64,000 nucleotides of DNA, taken from contig OZ024740.1 in the NCBI GenBank assembly GCA_964016885.1, positions 12,958,001 through 13,022,000 on the forward strand. Reading direction: 5' to 3'. The notes below the pieces were generated by a model. It searched no databases, was not told the DNA's origin, and saw only the letters and a list, made by a program, of their open reading frames with translations. The first letter of the stretch is position 1. Every line of letters starts with the position of its first letter. A program made the position numbers and the translations under genes. Positions 39,301 through 51,200 of this stretch are shown piece by piece. The stretch is from Eledone cirrhosa. Its lineage: Eukaryota.

Positions 39301-42300
39301 GTCTCATCTCTAGTCTAATGTCTCTAGTCTCATGTCTTATCTCTAATCTAATGTCTCTAGTATAATGTCTGTAGTCTAATGTCTTGTATCTAGTCTAATG
39401 TCTTGTTTCTAGTCTAATGTCTCTAGTCTAATGTCTTGTTTCTAGTCTAATGTCTCTAGTCTAATGTCTCTAGTCAAATGTCTCTAGTCTAATGTCTTGT
39501 CTCTAATCTAATGTCACTAGTCTAATGTCTTGTCTCTAGCCTAATGTCTTGTCTCTAGTCTAATATCTTGTCTCTAGTCTAATGTCTCTAGATTAATGTC
39601 CTCTTTCTAGTCTAATGTCTTGTCTCTAATCTAATGTCTTGTCTCTAGTCTAATGTACTGTCTCTAGTCTAATTTCTTGTCTCTAGTCTAATGTCTTGTC
39701 TCTAGTCTAATGTCTTTTCTCTAGTCTAATGTCTCTAGTCTAATGTCTTTTCTCTAGTCTAATATCTTGTCTCTAGTCTAATATCTTGTCTCTAGTCTAA
39801 TGTCTTGTCTCTAGTCTAATGTCTCTAGTCTAATGTCTCTAGTCTAATGTCTCTAGTCTAATGTTTCTAGTCTAATGTCTTGTGTCTAGTCTAATGTCTG
39901 TAGTCTAATGTCTTGTATCTAGTCTAATGTCTTGTCTCTAGTCTTATGTCTTGTCTCTAATCTAATACCCCTAGTCTAATGTCTTGTCTCTGGTCTAATG
40001 TCTTGTCTCTAGTCTAATGTCTTGTCTCTAGTCTAATGTCTTGTCTCTAGTCTAATGTCCCTCGTCTAATGTCTTGTCTCTAGTCTAATGTCTCTAGTCT
40101 AATATCTTGTCTCTAGTCTAATATCTTGTCTCTAGTCTAATGTCTTGTCTCTAGTCTAATGTCTTGTCTCTAGTCTAATGTCCCTCGTCTAATGTCTTGT
40201 CTCTAGTCTAACGTCTCTAGTCTAATTTCTTGTCTCTAGTCTAATGTCTTGTCTCTAGTCTAATGTCAGTAGTCTAATGTCTTGTCTCTAGTCTAATATC
40301 TTGTCTCTAGTCTAATGTCTCTAGTCTAATGTCTTGTCTCTAGTTTAATGTCTTGTGTCTAGTCTAATATCTCTAGTCTAATGTCTTGTCTCTAATCTAA
40401 TGTCTCTAGTCTAATGTCTTGTCTCTAATCTAATGTCTCTTGTCTAATGTCTTGTCTCTAGTCTATTAACTCTAGTCTAATGTCTCTAGTATAATGTCTT
40501 GTCTTTTGTCTAATGTCTTGTCTCTTGTCTAACGTATTGTCTCTAGTCTAATGTCTTGTCTCTAGTCTAATGCCTCTAGTCTAATGTCTTGTCTCTAGTC
40601 TAATGTCTTGTCTCTAGTCTAATGTATCTAGTCTAATATCTTGTCTCTAGTCTAATGTCTTGTCTCTACTCTAATGTCTTGTCTCTAGTCTCATGTCTTG
40701 TCTCTAGTCTCATGTCTTGTCGCTAGTCTAATGTTTTGTCTCTACTCTAATGTATCTAGTCTAATATCTTGTCTCTAGTCTAATGTCTTGTCTCTAGTCT
40801 AATGTCTTGTCTCTAGTCTCATGTCTTGTCTCTAGTCTCATGTCTTGTCTCTAGTCTAATGTTTTGTCTCTAGTCTAATGTCTTGTCTCTAGTCTAATGT
40901 CTTGTCTCTAGTCTAATGTTTTGTCTCTAGTCTAATATCTCTAGTCTAATATCTTGTCTCTATTCTAATGTTTTGTCTCTAGTCTAATGTCTTGTCTCTA
41001 CTCTAATGTCTCTAGTCTAATGTCTTGTCTCTAGTCTAATGTCTTGCTCCTAGTCTAATGTCTCTAGTCTAATGTCTTGTCTCTAGTCTAATGTCTTGTC
41101 TCTAGTCTAATGTATCTAGTCTAATATCTTGTCTCTAGTCTAATGTCTTGTCTCTACTCTAGTGTCTCTAGTCTAATGTCTTGTCTCTAGTCTAATGTCT
41201 TGTCTCTAGTCTCATGTCTTGTCGCTAGTCTCATGTCTTGTCTCTAGTCTAATGTCTTGTCTCTAGTCTAATGTATCTAGTCGAATATCTTGTCTCTAGT
41301 CTAATGTTTTGTCTCTACTCTAATGTCTCTAGTCTAATGTCTTGTCTCTAGTCTCATGTCTTGTCTCTAGTCTAATGTTTTATCTCTAGTCTATTATCTC
41401 TAGTATAATGTCTTGTCTCTAGTCTAATGTCTTGTCTCTAGTTTAATGTCTTGTCTCTAGTATAATGTCTTGTCTCTAGTCTAATGTCTCTAGTCTAATG
41501 TCTCTAGTCTAATGTCTTGTCTCTAGTCTAATGTCTTGTCTCTAGTCTAATGTCTTGTCTCTAGTCTAATGTCTCTAGTCTAATGTCTTGTCTCTAGTCT
41601 AATGTCTTGTCTCTAATCTAATGTCTCTAGTCTAATGTCTCTAGTCTAATGTCTTGTCTCTAATCTAATGTCTCTAGTCCAATGTCTTGTCTCTAGTCTA
41701 ATGTCTTGTCTCTAGTCTAATGTCTTGTCTCTAGTCTAATGTATCTAGACTAATGTCTTGTCTCCAGTCTAATGTCTTGTCTCTAGTCTAATGTCTCTTG
41801 TGTAATGTCTTATCTCTAGTCTAATGTCTCCAATCTAATATCTTGTCTCTAATCTAATATCACTAGTCTAATGTCTTGTTTCTAGTCTAATGTCTCTAGT
41901 CTAATGTCTTATCTCTAATCTAATGTCTCTAGTATAATGTCTCTAGTCTAATGTCTTGTATTTAGTCTAATGTCTTGTCTCTAGTCTAATGTCTCTAGTC
42001 TAATGTCTTGTCACTAGTCTAATATCTTGTCTCTAGTCTAATATCTTGTCTCTAGTCTAATGTCTCTAGTCTAATGTCTCTAGTCTAATGTCTTGTCTCT
42101 TTTCTAATGTCTTGTTTCTAGTCTAATGTCTCTAGTCTAATGTCTTGTCTCGAGTCTAATGTCTCTAGTCTAATTTCTCCAGTCTAATGTCTTGTCTCTA
42201 GTCTAATGTCTTGTCTCTAATCTAATGTCTCTAGTCCAATGTCTTGTCTCTAGTCTAATGTCTTGTCTCTAGTCTAATGTCTTGTCTCTAGTCTAATGTA

Positions 42301-43986
42301 TCTAGACTAATGTCTTGTCTCCAGTCTAATGTCTTGTCTCTAGTCTAATGTCTCTAGTCTAATGTCTTGTCTCTAGTCTAATGTCTGCTCTCTAGTCTAA
42401 TATATTGTCTCTAATCTAATGTCTCTAGTCTAATGTCTCTAGTCTAATGTCTTATCTCTAATCTAATGTCTCTAGTATAATGTCTGTAGTCTAATGTCTT
42501 GTATCTAGTCTAATGTCTTGTTTCTAGTCTAATGTCTCTAGTCTAATGTCTTGTTTCTAGTCTAATGTCTATAGTCTAATGTCTCTAGTCAAATGTCTCT
42601 AGTCTAATGTCTTGTCTCTAATCTAATGTCACTAGTCTAATGTCTTGTCTCTAGCCTAATGTCTTGTCTCTAGTCTAATATCTTTTCTCTAGTCTAATGT
42701 CTCTAGATTAATGTCCTCTTTCCAGTCTAATGTCTTGTCTCTAATCTAATGTCTTGTCTCTAGTCTAATGTACTGTCTCTAGTCTAATTTCTTGTCTCTA
42801 GTCTAATGTCTTGTCTCTAGTCTAATGTCTTGTCTCTAGTCTAATGTCTCTAGTCTAATGTCTTTTCTCTAGTCTATTATCTTGTCTCTAGTCTAATATC
42901 TTGTCTCTAGTCTAATGTCTTGTCTCTAGTCTAATGTCTCTAGTCTAATGTCTCTAGTCTAATGTCTCTAGTCTAATGTTTCTTGTCTAATGTCTTGTGT
43001 CTAGTCTAATGTCTGTAGTCTAATGTCTTGTATCTAGTCTAATGTCTTGTCTCTAGTCTTATGTCTTGTCTCTAATCTAATACCCCTAGTCTAATGTCTT
43101 GTCTCTAGTCTAATGTCTTGTCTCTAGTCTAATGTCTTGTCTCTAGTCTAATGTCCCTCGTCTAATGTCTTGTCTCTAGTCTAATGTCTCTAGTCTAATG
43201 TCTTGTCTCTAGTCTAATATCTTGTCTCTAGTCTAATGTCCTGTCTCTAGTCTAATGTCTTGTCTCTAGTCTAATGTCCCTCGTCTAATGTCTTGTCTCT
43301 AGTCTAATTTCTTGTCTCTTGTCTAATGTCTTGTCTCTAGTCTAATGTCAGTAGTCTAATGTCTTGTCTCTAGTCTAATATCTTGTCTCTAGTCTAATGT
43401 CTCTAGTCTAATGTCTTGTCTCTAGTTTAATGTCTTGTGTCTAGTCTAATATCTCTAGTCTAATGTCTTGTCTCTAATCTAATGTCTCTAGTCTAATGTC
43501 TTGTCTCTAATCTAATGTCTCTTGTTTAATGTCTTGTCTCTAGTCTATTGACTCTAGTCTAATGTCTCTAGTATAATGTCTTGTCTTTTGTCTAATGTCT
43601 TGTCTCTTGTCTAACGTATTGTCTCTAGTCTAATGTCTTGTCTCTAGTCTAATGCCTCTAGTCTAATGTCTTGTCTCTAGTCTAATGTCTTGTCTCTAGT
43701 CTAATGTATCTAGTCTAATATCTTGTCTCTAGTCTAATGTCTTGTCTCTACTCTAATGTCTTGTCTCTAGTCTCATGTCTTGTCTCTACTCCATGTCTTG
43801 TCTCTAGTCTAATGTTTTGTCTCTACTCTAATGTCTCTAGTCTAATATCTTGTCTCTAGTCTAATGGCTTGTCTCTACTCTATTGTCTCTAGTCTAATGT
43901 CTTGTCTCTAGTCTAATGTCTTGTCTCTACTCTAATGTCTCTAGTCTAATGTCTTGTCTCTAGTCTCATGTCTTGTCTCTAGTCTC

Positions 43987-46900
43987 ATGTCTTGTCTCTA
44001 GTCTAATGTTTTGTCTCTAGTCTAATGTCTCTAGTCTAATGTCTTGTCTCTAGTCTAATGTCTTGTCTCTAGTCTAATGTTTTGTCTCTAGTCTAATGTC
44101 TCTAGTCTAATATCTTGTCTCTAGTCTAATGTTTTGTCTCTAGTCTAATGTCTTGTCTCTACTCTAATGTCTCTAGTCTAATGTCTTGTCTCTAGTCTAA
44201 TGTCTTGTCCCTAGTCTAATGTCTCTAGTCTAATGTCTTGTCTCTAGTCTAATGTCTTGTCTCTAGTCTAATGTATCTAGTCTAATATCTTGTCTCTAGT
44301 CTAATGTCTTGTCTCTACTCTAGTGTCTCTAGTCTAATGTCTTGTCTCTAGTCTAATTTCTTGTCTCTAGTCTAATGTCTTGTCTCTAGTCTAATGTCAG
44401 TAGTCTAATGTCTTGTCTCTAGTCTAATATCTTGTCTCTAGTCTAATGTCTCTAGTCTAATTTTTTGTCTCTAGTTTAATGTCTTGTGTCTAGTCTAATA
44501 TCTCTAGTCTAATGTCTTGTCTCTAATCTAATGTCTCTAGTCTAATGTCTTGTCTCTAATCTAATGTCTCTTGTTTAATGTCTTGTCTCTAGTCTATTGA
44601 CTCTAGTCTAATGTCTCTAGTATAATGTCTTGTCTTTTGTCTAATGTCTTGTCTCTTGTCTAACGTATTGTCTCTAGTCTAATGTCTTGTCTCTAGTCTA
44701 ATGCCTCTAGTCTAATGTCTGGTCTCTAGTCTAATGTCTTGTCTCTAGTCTAATGTCTTGTCTCTAGTCTAATGTATCTAGTCTAATATCTTGTCTCTAG
44801 TCTAATGTCTTGTCTCTACTCTAATGTCTTGTCTCTAGTCTCATGTCTTGTCTCTACTCCATGTCTTGTCTCTAGTCTAATGTTTTGTCTCTACTCTAAT
44901 GTCTCTAGTCTAATATCTTGTCTCTAGTCTAATGGCTTGTCTCTACTCTATTGTCTCTAGTCTAATGTCTTGTCTCTAGTCTAATGTCTTGTCTCTACTC
45001 TAATGTCTCTAGTCTAATGTCTTGTCTCTAGTCTCATGTCTTGTCTCTAGTCTCATGTCTTGTCTCTAGTCTAATGTTTTGTCTCTAGTCTAATGTCTCT
45101 AGTCTAATGTCTTGTCTCTAGTCTAATGTCTTGTCTCTAGTCTAATGTTTTGTCTCTAGTCTAATGTCTCTAGTCTAATATCTTGTCTCTAGTCTAATGT
45201 TTTGTCTCTAGTCTAATGTCTTGTCTCTAGTCTAATGTCTTGTCTCTACTCTAATGTCTCTAGTCTAATGTCTTGTCTCTAGTCTAATGTCTTGTCCCTA
45301 GTCTAATGTCTCTAGTCTAATGTCTTGTCTCTAGTCTAATGTCTTGTCTCTAGTCTAATGTATCTAGTCTAATATCTTGTCTCTAGTCGAATGTCTTGTC
45401 TCTACTCTAGTGTCTCTAGTCTAATGTCTTGTCTCTAGTCTAATGTCTTGTCTCTAGTCTAATGTATCTAGACTAATGTCTTGTCTCCAGTCTAATGTCT
45501 TGTCTCTAGTCTAATGTCTCTAGTCTAATGTCTTGTCTCTAGTCTAATGTCTCGTCTCTAGTCTAATTTCTTGTCTCTAATCTAATGTCTCTAGTCTAAT
45601 GTCTCATCTCTAGTCTAATGTCTCTAGTCTAATGTCTTATCTCTAATCTAATGTCTCTAGTATAATGTCTGTAGTCTAATGTCTTGTATCTAGTCTAATG
45701 TCTTGTTTCTAGTCTAATGTCTCTAGTCTAATGTCTTGTTTCTAGTCTAATGTCTCTAGTCTAATGTCTCTAGTCAATTGTCTCTAGTCTAATGTCTTGT
45801 CTCTAATCGAATGTCACTAGTCTAATGTCTTGTCTCTAGCCTAATGTCTTGTCTCTAGTCTAATATCTTGTCTCTAGTCTAATGTACTGTCTCTAGTCTA
45901 ATGTCTTGTCTCTAATCCAATGTCTTGTCTCTAGTCTAATGTACTGTCTCTAGTCTAATGTCTTGTCTCTAGTCTAATGTTTTGTCTCTAGTCTAATGTC
46001 TCTAGTCTAATGTCTTGTCTCTAGTCTAATGTCTTGTCTCTAGTCTAATGTTTTGTCTCTAGTCTAATGTCTCTAGTCTAATATCTTGTCTCTAGTCTAA
46101 TGTTTTGTCTCTAGTCTAATGTCTTGTCTCTACTCTAATGTCTCTAGTCTAATGTCTTGTCTCTAGTCTAATGTCTTGTCCCTAGTCTAATGTCTCTAGT
46201 CTAATGTCTTGTCTCTAGTCTAATGTCTTGTCTCTAGTCTAATGTATCTAGTCTAATATCTTGTCTCTAGTCTAATGTCTTGTCTCTACTCTAGTGTCTC
46301 TAGTCTAATGTCTTGTCTCTAGTCTAATTTCTTGTCTCTAGTCTAATGTCTTGTCTCTAGTCTAATGTCAGTAGTCTAATGTCTTGTCTCTAGTCTAATA
46401 TCTTGTCTCTAGTCTAATGTCTCTAGTCTAATTTTTTGTCTCTAGTTTAATGTCTTGTGTCTAGTCTAATATCTCTAGTCTAATGTCTTGTCTCTAATCT
46501 AATGTCTCTAGTCTAATGTCTTGTCTCTAATCTAATGTCTCTTGTTTAATGTCTTGTCTCTAGTCTATTGACTCTAGTCTAATGTCTCTAGTATAATGTC
46601 TTGTCTTTTGTCTAATGTCTTGTCTCTTGTCTAACGTATTGTCTCTAGTCTAATGTCTTGTCTCTAGTCTAATGCCTCTAGTCTAATGTCTGGTCTCTAG
46701 TCTAATGTCTTGTCTCTAGTCTAATGTCTTGTCTCTAGTCTAATGTATCTAGTCTAATATCTTGTCTCTAGTCTAATGTCTTGTCTCTACTCTAATGTCT
46801 TGTCTCTAGTCTCATGTCTTGTCTCTACTCCATGTCTTGTCTCTAGTCTAATGTTTTGTCTCTACTCTAATGTCTCTAGTCTAATATCTTGTCTCTAGTC

Positions 46901-47950
46901 TAATGGCTTGTCTCTACTCTATTGTCTCTAGTCTAATGTCTTGTCTCTAGTCTAATGTCTTGTCTCTACTCTAATGTCTCTAGTCTAATGTCTTGTCTCT
47001 AGTCTCATGTCTTGTCTCTAGTCTCATGTCTTGTCTCTAGTCTAATGTTTTGTCTCTAGTCTAATGTCTCTAGTCTAATGTCTTGTCTCTAGTCTAATGT
47101 CTTGTCTCTAGTCTAATGTTTTGTCTCTAGTCTAATGTCTCTAGTCTAATATCTTGTCTCTAGTCTAATGTTTTGTCTCTAGTCTAATGTCTTGTCTCTA
47201 GTCTAATGTCTTGTCTCTACTCTAATGTCTCTAGTCTAATGTCTTGTCTCTAGTCTAATGTCTTGTCCCTAGTCTAATGTCTCTAGTCTAATGTCTTGTC
47301 TCTAGTCTAATGTCTTGTCTCTAGTCTAATGTATCTAGTCTAATATCTTGTCTCTAGTCGAATGTCTTGTCTCTACTCTAGTGTCTCTAGTCTAATGTCT
47401 TGTCTCTAGTCTAATGTCTTGTCTCTAGTCTAATGTATCTAGACTAATGTCTTGTCTCCAGTCTAATGTCTTGTCTCTAGTCTAATGTCTCTAGTCTAAT
47501 GTCTTGTCTCTAGTCTAATGTCTCGTCTCTAGTCTAATTTCTTGTCTCTAATCTAATGTCTCTAGTCTAATGTCTCATCTCTAGTCTAATGTCTCTAGTC
47601 TAATGTCTTATCTCTAATCTAATGTCTCTAGTATAATGTCTGTAGTCTAATGTCTTGTATCTAGTCTAATGTCTTGTTTCTAGTCTAATGTCTCTAGTCT
47701 AATGTCTTGTTTCTAGTCTAATGTCTCTAGTCTAATGTCTCTAGTCAATTGTCTCTAGTCTAATGTCTTGTCTCTAATCGAATGTCACTAGTCTAATGTC
47801 TTGTCTCTAGCCTAATGTCTTGTCTCTAGTCTAATATCTTGTCTCTAGTCTAATGTACTGTCTCTAGTCTAATGTCTTGTCTCTAATCCAATGTCTTGTC
47901 TCTAGTCTAATGTACTGTCTCTAGTCTAATGTCTTGTCTCTAGTCTAATG
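43987..47950 (+). repeat. Apparently identical tandem duplication, period 1971 bp
   Basis: Three markers share offset 1971: GTCAGTAG 44396/46367, TTTTTTGTCT 44461/46432 and CTCTAATCGA 45801/47772. Confidence 0.9.
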
Positions 47951-48239
47951 TCTTGGCTCTAGTCTAATGTCTCTAGTCTAATGTCTTTTCTCTAGTCTAA
48001 TATCTTGTCTCTATCCTAATATCTTGTCTCTAGTCTAATGTCTTGTCTCTAGTCTAATGTCTTGTCTCTAGTCTAATGTCTTGTCTCTAGTCTAATGTCT
48101 TGTCTCTAGTCTAATGTCTTGTCTCTAGTCTAATGTCCCTCGTCTAATGTCTTGTATCTAGTCTAATGTCTCTAGTCTAATGTCTTGTCTCTAGTCTAAT
48201 ATCTTGTCTCTAGTCTAATGTCTTGTCTCTAGTCTAATG

Positions 48240-51200
48240 TCTTGTCTCTAGTCTAATATCTTGTCTCTAGTCTAATATCTTGTCTCTAGTCTAATGTCTC
48301 TAGTCTAATGTCTTGTCTCTAGTTTAATGTCTTGTGTCTAGTCTAATATCTCTAGTCTAATGTCTTGTCTCTAATCTAATGTCTCTAGTCTAATGTCTTG
48401 TCTCTAATCTAATGTCTCTTGTCTAATGTCTTGTCTCTAGTCTATTGACTCTAGTCTAATGTCTCTAGTATAATGTCTTGTCTTTTGTCTAATGTCTTGT
48501 CTCTTGTCTAATGTCTCTAGTCTAATGTCTTGTCTCTAGTCTAATGTATCTAGTCTAATGTCTTGTCTCTTGTGTAATGTCTTATCTCTAGTCTAATGTC
48601 TCCAATCTAATGTCTTGTCTCTAGTCTAATGTCTCGTCTCTAGTCTAATATCTTGTCTCTAATCTAATATCACTAGTCTAATGTCTTGTTTCTAGTCTAA
48701 TGTCTCTAGTCTAATGTCTTATCTCTAATCTAATGTCTCTAGTATAATGTCTCTAGTCTAATGTCTTGTATTTAGTCTAATGTCTTGTCTCTAGTCTAAT
48801 ATCTTGTCTCTAGTCTAATGTCTCTAGTCTAATGTCTCTAGTCTAATGTCTTGTGTCTTTTCTAATGTCTTGTCTCTAGTCTAATGTCTCTAGTCTAATG
48901 TCTTGTCTCTAGTCTAATGTCTCTAGTCTAATGTCTCTAGTCTAATGTCTCCAGTCTAATGTCTTGTCTCTAGTCTAATGTCTTGTCTCTAATCTAATGT
49001 CTCTAGTCCAATGTCTTGTCTCCAGTCTAATGTCTTGTCTCTAGTCTAATGTCTCTAGTCTAATGTCTTGTCTCTAGTCTAATGTCTCGTCTCTAGTCTA
49101 ATATCTTGTCTCTAATCTAATGTCTCTAGTCTAATGTCTCATCTCTAGTCTAATGTCTCTAGTCTCATGTCTTATCTCTAATCTAATGTCTCTAGTATAA
49201 TGTCTGTAGTCTAATGTCTTGTATCTAGTCTAATGTCTTGTTTCTAGTCTAATGTCTCTAGTCTAATGTCTTGTTTCTAGTCTAATGTCTCTAGTCTAAT
49301 GTCTCTAGTCAAATGTCTCTAGTCTAATGTCTTGTCTCTAATCTAATGTCATTAGTCTAATGTCTTGTCTCTAGCCTAATGTCTTGTCTCTAGTCTAATA
49401 TCTTGTCTCTAGTCTAATGTCTCTAGATTAATGTCCTCTTTCTAGTCTAATGTCTTGTCTCTAATCTAATGTCTTGTCTCTAGTCTAATGTACTGTCTCT
49501 AGTCTAATTTCTTGTCTCTAGTCTAATGTCTTGTCTCTAGTCTAATGTCTTGTCTCTAGTCTAATGTCTCTAGTCTAATGTCTTTTCTCTAGTCTAATAT
49601 CTTGTCTCTAGTCTAATATCTTGTCTCTAGTCTAATGTCTTGTCTCTAGTCTAATGTCTCTAGTCTAATGTCTCTAGTCTAATGTTTCTAGTCTAATGTC
49701 TTGTGTCTAGTCTAATGTCTGTAGTCTAATGTCTTGTATCTAGTCTAATGTCTTGTCTCTAGTCTTATGTCTTGTCTCTAATCTAATACCCCTAGTCTAA
49801 TGTCTTGTCTCTGGTCTAATGTCTTGTCTCTAGTCTAATGTCTTGTCTCTAGTCTAATGTCTTGTCTCTAGTCTAATGTCCCTCGTCTAATGTCTTGTCT
49901 CTAGTCTAATGTCTCTAGTCTAATGTCTTGTCTCTAGTCTAATATCTTGTCTCTAGTCTAATGTCTTGTCTCTAGTCTAATGTCTTGTCTCTAGTCTAAT
50001 GTCCCTCGTCTAATGTCTTGTCTCTAGTCTAACGTCTCTAGTCTAATTTCTTGTCTCTAGTCTAATGTCTTGTCTCTAGTCTAATGTCAGTAGTCTAATG
50101 TCTTGTCTCTAGTCTAATATCTTGTCTCTAGTCTAATGTCTCTAGTCTAATGTCTTGTCTCTAGTTTAATGTCTTGTGTCTAGTCTAATATCTCTAGTCT
50201 AATGTCTTGTCTCTAATCTAATGTCTCTAGTCTAATGTCTTGTCTCTAATCTAATGTCTCTTGTCTAATGTCTTGTCTCTAGTCTCATGTCTTGTCGCTA
50301 GTCTAATGTTTTGTCTCTACTCTAATGTCTCTAGTCTAATATCTTGTCTCTAGTCTAATGGCTAGTCTCTACTCTATTGTCTCTAGTCTAATGTCTTGTC
50401 TCTAGTCTAATGTCTTGTCTCTACTCTAATGTCTCTAGTCTAATGTCTTGTCTCTAGTCTCATGTCTTGTCTCTAGTCTCATGTCTTGTCTCTAGTCTAA
50501 TGTTTTGTCTCTAGTCTAATGTCTCTAGTCTAATATCTTGTCTCTATTCTAATGTTTTGTCTCTAGTCTAATGTCTTGTCTCTACTCTATTGTCTCTAGT
50601 CTAATGTCTTGTCTCTAGTCTAATGTCTTGTCTCTACTCTAGTGTCTCTAGTCTAATGTCTTGTCTCTAGTCTAATGTCTTGTCTCTAGTCTCATGTCTT
50701 GTCGCTAGTCTCATGTCTTGTCTCTAGTCTAATGTCTTGTCTCTAGTCTAATGTATCTAGTCGAATATCTTGTCTCTAGTCTAATGTTTTGTCTCTACTC
50801 TAATGTCTCTAGTCTAATGTCTTGTCTCTAGTCTCATGTCTTGTCTCTAGTCTAATGTTTTATCTGTAGTATAATATCTCTAGTATAATGTCTTGTCTCT
50901 AGTCTAATGTCTTGTCTCTAGTTTAATGTCTTGTCTCTAGTATAATGTCTTGTCTCTAGTCTAATGTCTCTAGTCTAATGTCTCTAGTCTAATGTCTCTA
51001 GTCTAATGTCTTGTCTCTAGTCTAATGTCTTATCTCTAGTCTAATGTCTTGTCTCTAGTCTAATGTCTCTAGTCTAATGTCTTGTCTCTAGTCTAATGTC
51101 TTGTCTCTAATCTAATGTCTCTAGTCTAATGTCTCTAGTCTAATGTCTTGTCTCTAATCTAATGTCTCTAGTCCAATGTCTTGTCTCTAGTCTAATGTCT

